Below are positions 8,567 through 15,472 of a DNA stretch of 20,483 nucleotides, one piece after another. Numbering within the stretch: position 1 is the stretch's first letter; each line of letters begins with the position of its first letter. Position numbers and translations under genes: made by a program. Below the pieces are notes generated by a model that made no database searches, was not told the origin of the DNA, and saw only the letters and a program-made list of their open reading frames with translations. Origin of the DNA: a virus (Duplodnaviria > Heunggongvirae > Uroviricota > Caudoviricetes); the IMG/VR virus record IMGVR_UViG_2541047884_000012; one strand, 5' to 3'.

Positions 8567-8839
8567 TCAGTTGCGCCAGGATGGCTGGCTAAGCGTGGTT
8601 TTCATTACATCATTGACGACCTGTTTTACGATTTCTGTGTTGGCAGTCGTGCTTTCAACATCAACAAAGCCATAATCGCCAATTTCCACCGTCAGGGATT
8701 CCAGTTTCTTCCCTAGAGCATCAGGCAACTCTCCACTGAACCGGTGCTGAAGATTTTCCACCAGCAACGCCCTGAATGCCTCGCTGTTCTCTTTTTTCTG
8801 CCATAGCTGGCGTTTATCCACTCTGATATTTAATTTCAC
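8567..8839 (-). CDS. Hypothetical small acidic protein, 90 aa
   Basis: ORF with 4-bp start/stop overlap with the upstream small gene (8836-8839), suggesting translational coupling. No family recognised. Confidence 0.5.
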   Translation of the reverse strand: MKLNIRVDKRQLWQKKENSEAFRALLVENLQHRFSGELPDALGKKLESLTVEIGDYGFVDVESTTANTEIVKQVVNDVMKTTLSQPSWRN

Positions 8840-9003
8840 AGTCTCACCTCTTTAAGTGCCTTATCCATCAGTTGCCGGGCGATAACATGAATCGACGGTG
8901 CCACACCAAGCACAGATTTCTGACGCTCTTCGTCCTGGATGCGTTGCAGGGCTTCGATCTGCCTCCGGGAAAGTAAAACTGGCTTTACTCCGTGACCTTT
9001 CAT
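8836..9003 (-). CDS. Hypothetical small protein, about 55 aa (MKGHGVKPVLLSRRQIEALQRIQDEERQ...), possible DNA-binding regulator
   Basis: Internal ATG at 9003 with SD GGGAG 4-5 nt upstream. The longer 78-aa ORF version begins in a hydrophobic junk-like stretch. Coupled to the downstream 90-aa gene. Confidence 0.45.
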   Translation of the reverse strand: MKGHGVKPVLLSRRQIEALQRIQDEERQKSVLGVAPSIHVIARQLMDKALKEVRL

Positions 9004-9113
9004 GATTTTTCTCCCGAATAATAACAACCACAACAATTGCACAAAATGAAATGATAGCAATAAATGTTGCAATTAATGAAACACAATAAGGCCGGGAAAA
9101 ATCCCGGCCTCCG

Positions 9114-9401
9114 TCACTGACTGCAATTTTTCGATCCAGGGTATTTCCTGAATGCCTTACCATTGGGCTGATGTAATCCCATTCCGGCATGTGCCCGGCT
9201 GATGGTTTCGCGCATCTCCCCGAAATTATCCTGCCTTGCTGGTGGGCGTGCTGCCTTGTGGATACATTCCGCGCGACGTTTTGCCGCCTGTTCCCGTGCC
9301 TTGTCATCATTCGCCAGCATGATGACCTCAGCCCACCGCGCCGCCGCTCTCCGGTACAGACCACGCGCTTCCAGTGCTTCCGCTTTGCTGTCGTGAATCA
9401 T
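9114..9401 (-). CDS. PerC-family-like transcriptional regulator, 95 aa
   Basis: Translation MIHDSKAEALEARGLYRRAAARWAEVIMLANDDKAREQAAKRRAECI resembles the N-terminal signature I recall for PerC/Pch regulators. Recognition-based and unverified. Confidence 0.5.
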   Translation of the reverse strand: MIHDSKAEALEARGLYRRAAARWAEVIMLANDDKAREQAAKRRAECIHKAARPPARQDNFGEMRETISRAHAGMGLHQPNGKAFRKYPGSKNCSQ

Positions 9402-9928
9402 GCGCCTGTTTTCTCCTTTGCTGCCCGGCGCTGACGTTTGCGCTTCTCATTCAGCGCCATCAGCCGCGTTTCTGCGTCCTGTTGTTCCTGTGGTGTCACC
9501 TCGCCGCACGGCTGGCCTTTCAGGTCGTAACGCGCCCCACCAGCAACCAGGGCACGGTAATAGCGCGGAGACTGCGCATAAGATGCCAGCGTCGCACGTA
9601 ATGCCCCTGGCCCAAATGCCAGCCCCCTGACGGCGAGATCCTGCATCAGGTCGTCGAATATCCCCACCTTAAGCGGCTTCGGTGCTTCCCGGCTGAATAA
9701 GTCAGGCCACAACTCAGTGAGGCGGTTAACGCGCCTGCGATTTTTGCGCTGGCGTTTGGTCATATGCCGCCACGGTGTCGCCCCTGTGGGCTTCTGCTGC
9801 GCGTTCTGATTACCGGGCATCACTTTATATGCCGATGTGGTTTTATCCTGCTGTTGCGTCTCCTGTACCATTTTTGTGGCATACCGTAATTTCTGTTGAT
9901 GGTCAGCTTTTCCATGTGTACTTCTCAT
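9398..9928 (-). CDS. ProQ/FinO-domain RNA-binding protein (176 aa as ORF; true start may be internal)
   Basis: Segment ...PLKVGIFDDLMQDLAVRGL...LRATLASYAQSPRYYRALVAGGARYDLKGQPCGEVTPQEQQDAETRLMALNEKRKRQ parallels the ProQ N-terminal FinO-like domain (recalled as ...PLKIGIFQDL...[39 protein letters not shown]...). Confidence 0.65.
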   Translation of the reverse strand: MRSTHGKADHQQKLRYATKMVQETQQQDKTTSAYKVMPGNQNAQQKPTGATPWRHMTKRQRKNRRRVNRLTELWPDLFSREAPKPLKVGIFDDLMQDLAVRGLAFGPGALRATLASYAQSPRYYRALVAGGARYDLKGQPCGEVTPQEQQDAETRLMALNEKRKRQRRAAKEKTGA

Positions 9929-10007
9929 CGATATTATCCGTATTATCGTCGTTCCTTTTGATGGCTTATTTCTATAGAAATTTCTTTATTGCTTATTGCC
10001 CAGATAA

Positions 10008-10343
10008 TTAACTGGCTATTAGTGCTTTAATACTCAGGTACGCAGAAAGAATAACACCAATAAAAGAAGGGTACAGCAGAATCCCAAACAAAAACTTCAT
10101 GTACTTATGTTTTCCTGTTACTTCGTTAATAACAGATATTATACTCAACATACATAATGCAATACTTATAGTTGCAATAAATGCAATAGTAAGCAAGATG
10201 AAATATCTTACACCTGTTTGAGAAGATAAATTTGCAATTATACCTATCATAACGAGACTCTGTATGATCCCGAAAGACAAAGCACCAGAAGACTTTTCCA
10301 CTATTTCACTAAATTTCTTCACAAAGCAAATCATATATATCAC
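10008..10343 (-). CDS. Small hydrophobic membrane protein, 111 aa (about 3 predicted TM segments), AT-rich moron
   Basis: Strongly hydrophobic translation (…LSFGIIQSLVMIGIIANL…, …YFILLTIAFIATISIALCMLSIISVI…, …LFGILLYPSFIGVILSAYL…). The region is visibly far more AT-rich than the flanking genes. Confidence 0.55.
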   Translation of the reverse strand: MIYMICFVKKFSEIVEKSSGALSFGIIQSLVMIGIIANLSSQTGVRYFILLTIAFIATISIALCMLSIISVINEVTGKHKYMKFLFGILLYPSFIGVILSAYLSIKALIAS

Positions 10344-10411
10344 CTTTATATAACGCTATGCTAAGGTTTATTTATACGATATCCCCAAATGGTATTCCAT
10401 CACCGTACGGA

Positions 10412-10630
10412 TCACTCTGCTGGCCTTTTTTGCCGCCCGGCCGCACCGTTCGCGCACTGATTACGCTGTCTGCGATAACCAGACCAGCCACGTTTCGCCG
10501 TTCCGTCATCTGCCTGGCTGCGCGGAAGGGGAATCGCCATACTCGCCATTGCCATTGGTGTTCCCTTGCTGGTGGTTTTTGAGTGCAGATCAGCCACCTG
10601 CCGCCCGTAAGCGGATATTTGTACCGTCAT
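10412..10630 (-). CDS. Hypothetical small basic protein, 72 aa
   Basis: ATG with SD (GGAGAG, about 7-nt spacer); ATGA overlap with the upstream ORF. Composition only weakly protein-like. Confidence 0.35.
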   Translation of the reverse strand: MTVQISAYGRQVADLHSKTTSKGTPMAMASMAIPLPRSQADDGTAKRGWSGYRRQRNQCANGAAGRQKRPAE

Positions 10631-10827
10631 GCTGTTTGCTCTCCGGTTTTAACGTTGATGATTGTCACCTGTTCAGCTTCGACAATCTCCCGTTCTGTCA
10701 GCATGGCAAAGTTTGCCGCTGCCGTTGTCATGAATGCGCTTATCAGTTCGGGATGTACTTTCGCGTATCCTTCCCCGGCATTGCGGTCGATGATTTTTAT
10801 CGCCCCCCTCAGCCTGTGTTCTGTCAA
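10627..10827 (-). CDS. Hypothetical small protein, up to 66 aa (start uncertain: TTG at 10827, first ATG is internal)
   Basis: ORF immediately downstream of the iteron array and coupled to 10412-10630. No convincing SD, so low confidence. Confidence 0.3.
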   Translation of the reverse strand: MTEHRLRGAIKIIDRNAGEGYAKVHPELISAFMTTAAANFAMLTEREIVEAEQVTIINVKTGEQTA

Positions 10828-10920
10828 ATCAAGGGCGTGAGATTGTGTTTTTTGTGTGCTTCGTTGTCACAGCCTTTACCTCACAGCAATAAAATAAAAT
10901 TTTTGCATTTTAACCCTTCA

Positions 10921-11147
10921 CCTGTTCACCTTTTTCCTTTTCTCCTTTTAATTCATTGTGTTAAGGGGTGAACAGTTTCACAAAAACTATTCACCAACTG
11001 TTCACCACTGTTCACCCTTAAAGCTCAACAAATAATCAAAAAGGTGAACAGTGAATAGTTTGATGAACAGTTCATGAATAACTGTTCACCCTATAACCAA
11101 CTGATATAGAACACATTTATTACAGGGTGAACAGTGATGAACAGTTA
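10921..11147. repeat. Replication-origin-like iteron cluster: about 7 perfect plus about 4 degenerate copies of CTGTTCACC / GGTGAACAG in both orientations
   Basis: Perfect 9-mers at 10922, 10967, 10998, 11008, 11043, 11082, 11126; variants GATGAACAG (11062, 11136), TATTCACC (10988), AGTGAATAG (11051). One inverted pair (11082-11091 / 11125-11134) flanks an AT-rich spacer. The octamer TGTTCACC is what I recall as the P4 alpha-protein binding iteron in ori/crr. Located directly 3' of the primase gene. Confidence 0.8.
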
Positions 11148-11157
11148 TTCCATAAGT

Positions 11158-12972
11158 TTAATTTTTGCCATCGTCATTTGTGACCGATGCACATGAGGGC
11201 ATCCAGTCTTCTGAATCCTCTGTCAGTATCACGTTTGAACGCAAGCCATGCTTCGTTTTCCGTTTCATATACTCCCTGCCGTATTCCGCCATTGCCCCTG
11301 GCATATCCTTACCGAAGCGTGTCAGTGTTACGGGCTTACCGAATCCGTGTGCCCTCATATACGCCAGATAGGCGTGATAGAGATACCTGCGCGGGCTGAA
11401 CGGAATAATTTCAGCATTACCCACTAACAGGCCATCGCACATTACCGACGACATGAGATAGCCGCAGAAGTCCACCAGCGAATCGCCCTCGCGTTTTATC
11501 ACCAGGGCTTCTTCTGATTTCTGCTGCTCATATAGCAGGCGTTTAGCTTCGTCCTGGTCAGAAAAGCGTGTAAGCAAGTGGCGAATCACTACCGCCAGCT
11601 CTCCTTCTATTTTTTCAGCCAGCATAGGGTCACGTTCGTTCTCCGGTACAACTTCCGAAAAATTGAATATTACCCGACGACGTGATATCCCACCGCTGCG
11701 GTCACTGAATGACATGGCGTTATTGTTCACCGCCAGCACGACCGCCTGAATGCGTGTTGAGTAGGGGGCTTTATGTTTCGGGTCGATTGCCACCTTATCA
11801 CCGCCTGTAATGGCCTTAATTCCTGCACCATCACCAGCGTAACGGGTCATATCCGGCATGATAATCAGCGAAAAGCCAACCACTAACGCGCGTTCCCTGG
11901 CATCTTCCAGCGCCTTCATGCTTGCCGATACCGTGTTGGCCTTACCCGCCAGCATAGTGCAAATCTCCGCCATTACGCTTTTACCGCTTCCACCCGGCCC
12001 CGTTACCTCAAGAAATAACTGCCAGTCGTACCGATTCGCCAGCACCATGAATAACGCCGCCAGTACGCGATCCGCTTTGCGTTCATTCTCTGCCACCGAA
12101 CGGCGCAACCATTTCCAGAAATTCGGCGCATGCGTTGCCAGCGTTTCCCCCTCTGCTGGTGGGCTGAAAGGTAATTCACTGGCAATTAACAACCAGTCGT
12201 TTTTGTTATGCTCCCGAAAATTACCAGTTCTGGTATCAAATACCCCGTTACTGAATCCAATCAGGTTACGGGCTGTATTCCCCATTACGGGCAAACTTAA
12301 CTTCATGGTATCGACCGCCGATTTGATGGCGTTCTGCGAATAGCTGATTTCCGCATCAATAAAAATCTGCGCCATAGCCCGCTGTAACTCTTTATCCTGT
12401 ACCGGCTCCCATACAACACCGTTGTAGTGGTGAACGGTGTCAGAATCCGCATTGATTGCCAGTTCACCGCCATAATGTGCCAGGAGAACTTCGCCGCGCT
12501 GGCTTGCTCCCATCTGGTTAAGTGCCAGTGGTGTCGCGCTGTCTTCTGTTTTTTTCTTTGCCGGAAACCGGATAATCAGTCCGTCATCAATGTTTTTACG
12601 CTCACGGGCAAGGTATTCACGCCAGTTCTCACACTTCTGGCTGTGCATGCCATCAGGGTAATAATTCGCATTCTGTATACTTGCCGCCGCCAGCTTCTGA
12701 CCAATTGCCTTAACCATTACAGGATCTAACTGTCCGGCTCTGAATATGCGCGCGGATGTGCGCCCATCAGGCACTATTTGCAGATTTCCGATCTCTTTCA
12801 GTTGTTCATCAGCCAGCACAACAGGTGGCTCATTATCTCCAGCCATACGTGCATCGTGTTCCTGCCATTGTTTCGCGTGTGCCCAGGCATCACTACCCGC
12901 GAAAATAATTACCTCTGTGTCTTTGTGTTTTATTCCGCGTGGCTGTTTTTTTACGTTCGGTGCCAGTTTCAT
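11158..12972 (-). CDS. Replication protein: P4-alpha-like primase/helicase (D5_N / P4-family primase C-terminal domain with SF3-type P-loop), 604 aa
   Basis: Walker A GPGGSGKS, downstream Walker-B-like acidic hydrophobic stretch, overall resemblance to phage/plasmid P4-family primases. The start overlaps the stop of the upstream small gene (ATGA), and its cognate-looking iterons lie immediately downstream. Confidence 0.85.
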   Translation of the reverse strand: MKLAPNVKKQPRGIKHKDTEVIIFAGSDAWAHAKQWQEHDARMAGDNEPPVVLADEQLKEIGNLQIVPDGRTSARIFRAGQLDPVMVKAIGQKLAAASIQNANYYPDGMHSQKCENWREYLARERKNIDDGLIIRFPAKKKTEDSATPLALNQMGASQRGEVLLAHYGGELAINADSDTVHHYNGVVWEPVQDKELQRAMAQIFIDAEISYSQNAIKSAVDTMKLSLPVMGNTARNLIGFSNGVFDTRTGNFREHNKNDWLLIASELPFSPPAEGETLATHAPNFWKWLRRSVAENERKADRVLAALFMVLANRYDWQLFLEVTGPGGSGKSVMAEICTMLAGKANTVSASMKALEDARERALVVGFSLIIMPDMTRYAGDGAGIKAITGGDKVAIDPKHKAPYSTRIQAVVLAVNNNAMSFSDRSGGISRRRVIFNFSEVVPENERDPMLAEKIEGELAVVIRHLLTRFSDQDEAKRLLYEQQKSEEALVIKREGDSLVDFCGYLMSSVMCDGLLVGNAEIIPFSPRRYLYHAYLAYMRAHGFGKPVTLTRFGKDMPGAMAEYGREYMKRKTKHGLRSNVILTEDSEDWMPSCASVTNDDGKN

Positions 12973-13211
12973 TTTTTCCCCCCTGCAACCAGCATTTCAC
13001 GGATTTTGCGGATATAGCTTGCTGCACGTTTTTGATTTACGGCTTTATAATGGTCCACCAGCGTAAAATCACGGCGGTAGGTGATATTGCCTGGCGTAAC
13101 GTGACAAATAACCGCTCGTCCCCCACGTATGGTGTCGCGGTAAATATCTCCGTGTCTGATTTCAGGCCGAGAGAGACCGCTGGCAGTAAAGCCAGAATTT
13201 TTCTTTTTCAT
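12969..13211 (-). CDS. Hypothetical small protein, 80 aa
   Basis: ATG with SD (AGGAA); 4-bp overlap with the primase start. Member of the coupled small-gene operon. Confidence 0.5.
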   Translation of the reverse strand: MKKKNSGFTASGLSRPEIRHGDIYRDTIRGGRAVICHVTPGNITYRRDFTLVDHYKAVNQKRAASYIRKIREMLVAGGKK

Positions 13212-13215
13212 GGTT

Positions 13216-13416
13216 TTATTTTCCTGTCAGCAGTTCCGGTTTTATTTCTGCACGAATACAGAGTTCAGAAAAAAACTCAGGAGAACCCACAATTTCATTA
13301 CTTTTCAGTCGGCGTTGTGATTTCACTTTCCCTTTATCCAGGTAAACCAGTACGCGTCCGGTGAAATCATCTGGCACATTAAGCACTACGGGTACATGCG
13401 CTTCATGATTATGCAT
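13216..13416 (-). CDS. Hypothetical small protein, 66 aa, carries one copy of a repeated FTGxxLV motif domain
   Basis: ATG with SD (GGAGG). Shares the motif DDFTGRVLVYLDKGKV with two segments of the 121-aa protein at 13635-14000. Confidence 0.5.
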   Translation of the reverse strand: MHNHEAHVPVVLNVPDDFTGRVLVYLDKGKVKSQRRLKSNEIVGSPEFFSELCIRAEIKPELLTGK

Positions 13417-13642
13417 GGCTTACATCCTCCGTGAATTTTCTTCTGTAACGCGCCTCTGCCACATATTCCGCATAGTCCGACGCAATACTAAGAATCATTT
13501 CACCCTCTGACTTGTAGCCACTGGTATTGATAAGAAAATATGCAGCTTTCATCATGTCAGCAACGTTCAACAATGCGCCCGATGTATCTTCCGGTGCGCC
13601 ATCAAACTCCTGTTTCAGGGAATTAAAACGATCCTCACGCAT
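13409..13642 (-). CDS. Hypothetical small acidic protein, 77 aa
   Basis: ATG at 13642 with G-rich SD; 8-bp overlaps with both neighbouring genes. Confidence 0.5.
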   Translation of the reverse strand: MREDRFNSLKQEFDGAPEDTSGALLNVADMMKAAYFLINTSGYKSEGEMILSIASDYAEYVAEARYRRKFTEDVSHA

Positions 13643-14000
13643 GTTTACCCCCCTGAATGACCTGATAACCGCAACTGGTCAGCAATTCGATAAATTCCGG
13701 CAATGTGCTGAAACAGCAATCATCACGCAGACGTTCGCAGGATACTTCAACGCCGTTTTCGTAGTGACTCACCATGCGCCCGGTAAAATGCAGATCATCA
13801 TCGTGATGGCTCGTTGACGGCTTAATCAGTCGCGCACGTTCCGCCAGTTCCAGCAATGCTTCAACGCTTCCGGCAATTGCACCATCCGGCAGGTGATAAT
13901 TACGCACTATGCGCCCGTTCTCCACATTGACCAGCAACTGCCCGGTAAATTTCTCGTCAAACTGAATGCTGTTAAGGTCAGAAATTGACAGGTTATGCAT
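13635..14000 (-). CDS. Hypothetical protein, about 121 aa, with two internal copies of the FTG motif domain
   Basis: ATG at 14000 preceded by a strong SD (AGGAGG, 6-nt spacer); the ORF-track start at 14018 is less likely. Segments EKFTGQLLVNVENGRIV and LHFTGRMVSHYENGVEV. Confidence 0.5.
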   Translation of the reverse strand: MHNLSISDLNSIQFDEKFTGQLLVNVENGRIVRNYHLPDGAIAGSVEALLELAERARLIKPSTSHHDDDLHFTGRMVSHYENGVEVSCERLRDDCCFSTLPEFIELLTSCGYQVIQGGKHA

Positions 14001-14217
14001 GGTGCACCTCCTGCACATCAGCCATGATAATTTTTCCGGCCTTATCCAGTGCCTGATCGGCTTTTAGCTGCACAAATGCTAAATAATGGAAGATGCATTC
14101 TGATTCTCTGGCTGCGTGTTTATGCGCCACACCAGCGATAGCAGAAATCTCAATAAGTGAATCCATCAGCGTTTTGATAGCGTCTACCGCTGCATCAGGC
14201 CATGTTGCATTACACAT
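13993..14217 (-). CDS. Hypothetical small protein, 74 aa
   Basis: ATG at 14217 overlaps the stop of the upstream small gene (ATGTGTAA junction). Coupled operon member. Confidence 0.4.
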   Translation of the reverse strand: MCNATWPDAAVDAIKTLMDSLIEISAIAGVAHKHAARESECIFHYLAFVQLKADQALDKAGKIIMADVQEVHHA

Positions 14218-14413
14218 GCTCCACCTCCTGGCGAATACGGGCAGCGAATACCATCACGCAGCCATCAGGAGATTGCTGGCGTGCTTCCTGTTCGCTGGTG
14301 GCCTCGATGTGAATCACGCGCGGTTGTGCAGTGCTCAGGGCGATAAAACGCCAGATGTATTTATTCAGGTTGTGCGAGTCCCGCCCTTGCGGGTGTGTGG
14401 TATGATTTAACAT
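14210..14413 (-). CDS. Hypothetical small protein, 67 aa; first gene of the leftward early operon
   Basis: ATG at 14413 with SD GAGGT. It is the 3'-terminal, in-frame part of the 420-aa ORF in the track, but the stretch upstream of it is an operator-rich intergenic region. Confidence 0.45.
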   Translation of the reverse strand: MLNHTTHPQGRDSHNLNKYIWRFIALSTAQPRVIHIEATSEQEARQQSPDGCVMVFAARIRQEVEHV

Positions 14414-14510
14414 AGCTACCTCGATACGCTTTCTATCGTTGGTGGTTAGAAGCCCGGTTAGTGTTAGCGCACTGCCGGGTTTCGTCGTTTCTGCACCTTG
14501 CATCAACAAG

Positions 14511-14562
14511 GTGTTTAACACCAATTTAAGCCTAGGTGTTAAACACGTCAAGTGTTGAACAC
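14511..14562. promoter_or_regulatory. Three tandem palindromic operators GTGTT-N-AACAC in a divergent promoter region
   Basis: Perfect palindromes GTGTTTAACAC (14511-14521), GTGTTAAACAC (14536-14546), AGTGTTGAACACT (14551-14563). TTGAAC inside the third could serve as a -35 for the rightward small gene. Located between the leftward operon start (14413) and the rightward gene start (14613). Confidence 0.6.
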
Positions 14563-14612
14563 TTATTTTTTTTCCTGCATACTGCATTTGTTTTTTGTAA
14601 GGGGTACACAAC

Positions 14613-14792
14613 ATGGCGACAAAAGCAGTAAACGCAAAATCACAAACAGTTGCGGCAAGGGTTCCGCATGAAGTTATGAACAATGTTGAGGCGGTAAAAA
14701 TGCCTGGTGAAAGTACAGGGCAGTTTGTAACAGCAGCATTAAAGCGAGAAGTTGAATACCGCCAGCGTCGCAAGGCCAAAGAGCAGGAGTAA
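14613..14792 (+). CDS. Small putative ribbon-helix-helix (CopG/Arc-like) DNA-binding protein, 59 aa (below the ORF-track cutoff)
   Basis: ATG at 14613 with a G-rich SD (GGGG); translation MATKAVNAKSQTVAARVPHEVMNNVEAVKMPGESTGQFVTAALKREVEYRQRRKAKEQE; stop TAA at 14790-14792. Beta-strand-then-helices pattern typical of RHH regulators; sits directly downstream of the operator array. Confidence 0.55.
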   Translation: MATKAVNAKSQTVAARVPHEVMNNVEAVKMPGESTGQFVTAALKREVEYRQRRKAKEQE

Positions 14793-14849
14793 CCATCACC
14801 AGCGCCGTGGTGTGAGGAACTACGGTGCATCGTTTTACAGGGCAGCGCC

Positions 14850-15050
14850 ATGACCAACAAAGAATCAACCAATACACCATCACCGGCACGGAAAAGACAG
14901 CGCAGAAAGATAGTGTACGAGTATGAGTCAGACAGATTCGCGCCCTGTGCGTTTATCCTTGAGAAATTCCTTAAAGAGTACAGGCGCACAAAAATGGGGT
15001 CGCATACCTGGAAAACATCGCGGCATGGCAATGTTAAAGAGCAAGAATAG
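14850..15050 (+). CDS. Hypothetical small basic protein, 66 aa (uncertain)
   Basis: ORF following the RHH gene on the same strand; composition moderately protein-like. Conflicts with the open minus-strand frame, so one of the two is non-coding. Confidence 0.3.
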   Translation: MTNKESTNTPSPARKRQRRKIVYEYESDRFAPCAFILEKFLKEYRRTKMGSHTWKTSRHGNVKEQE

Positions 15051-15082
15051 CCCACCAGCAAGCCAGCACACTGATCACATTG

Positions 15083-15472
15083 CCCACCAGCCGCAAATCT
15101 GGCATTGTTGGTGATGCGTTCAAGTATGTAGCTTTCCCACTGGTGGCCCTCTGCGGTCGCCTTTGTTTTATCCAGAACGAAATCAGACATCAGATTGGTC
15201 AGCACCTGGCGACCTGACAAAATCGCATCAGTCGCGCCACCAGCAAAATTTTTTGCTTTCCGGACAGCGTGACCAACGGCATTTTGCAGCAAAATATTCT
15301 GCATTTCTGGTGTGCTGTAGTAACGGTGATCAGCGCCTTCACTCTGTGCGACCACAACGCTATAATCTGCCTCGTAGACAGTAAGCAATATGGCGCAGTA
15401 GGCTATTCGTTCACAAAGACGCTCCGGCAACGGGGCGCTTTCTCTTTTTGTAACGGTCAGAGCGTTACACAT
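15083..15472 (-). CDS. Hypothetical protein; N-terminal about 130 codons look coding, 3' boundary unresolved (no in-frame stop until 14210)
   Basis: ATG at 15472 with SD GGAGG, 8-nt overlap with the antirepressor stop (coupling). First about 130 aa have normal composition; beyond that the frame turns Cys/Ser/Leu-rich and junk-like and runs through the operator region. The end coordinate given is an estimate. Confidence 0.35.

Noticed and set aside
8861-9364. 167-aa minus-strand ORF (and plus-strand ORFs 9189-9630)
   Set aside because: These overlap, in alternative frames, the PerC-like and small regulator genes, which have better starts and recognisable sequence patterns; the alternatives translate to Arg/Cys-rich junk.
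11165-12729. Plus-strand ORFs inside the primase gene (11165-11371, 11187-11399, 11858-12343, 12427-12729)
   Set aside because: Antisense shadows within a well-supported 604-aa primase CDS.
12746-13364. Plus-strand ORFs (12746-13066, 12778-13017, 12939-13364) across the small-gene operon
   Set aside because: Antisense to a chain of translationally coupled minus-strand genes with good ribosome-binding sites.
14210-15472. 420-aa minus-strand ORF taken as a single CDS
   Set aside because: The middle of the frame is antisense to a plausible rightward gene and spans an operator-rich intergenic region; composition there is junk-like. Split into an N-terminal coupled gene (end unresolved) and a separate 67-aa gene at 14210-14413.
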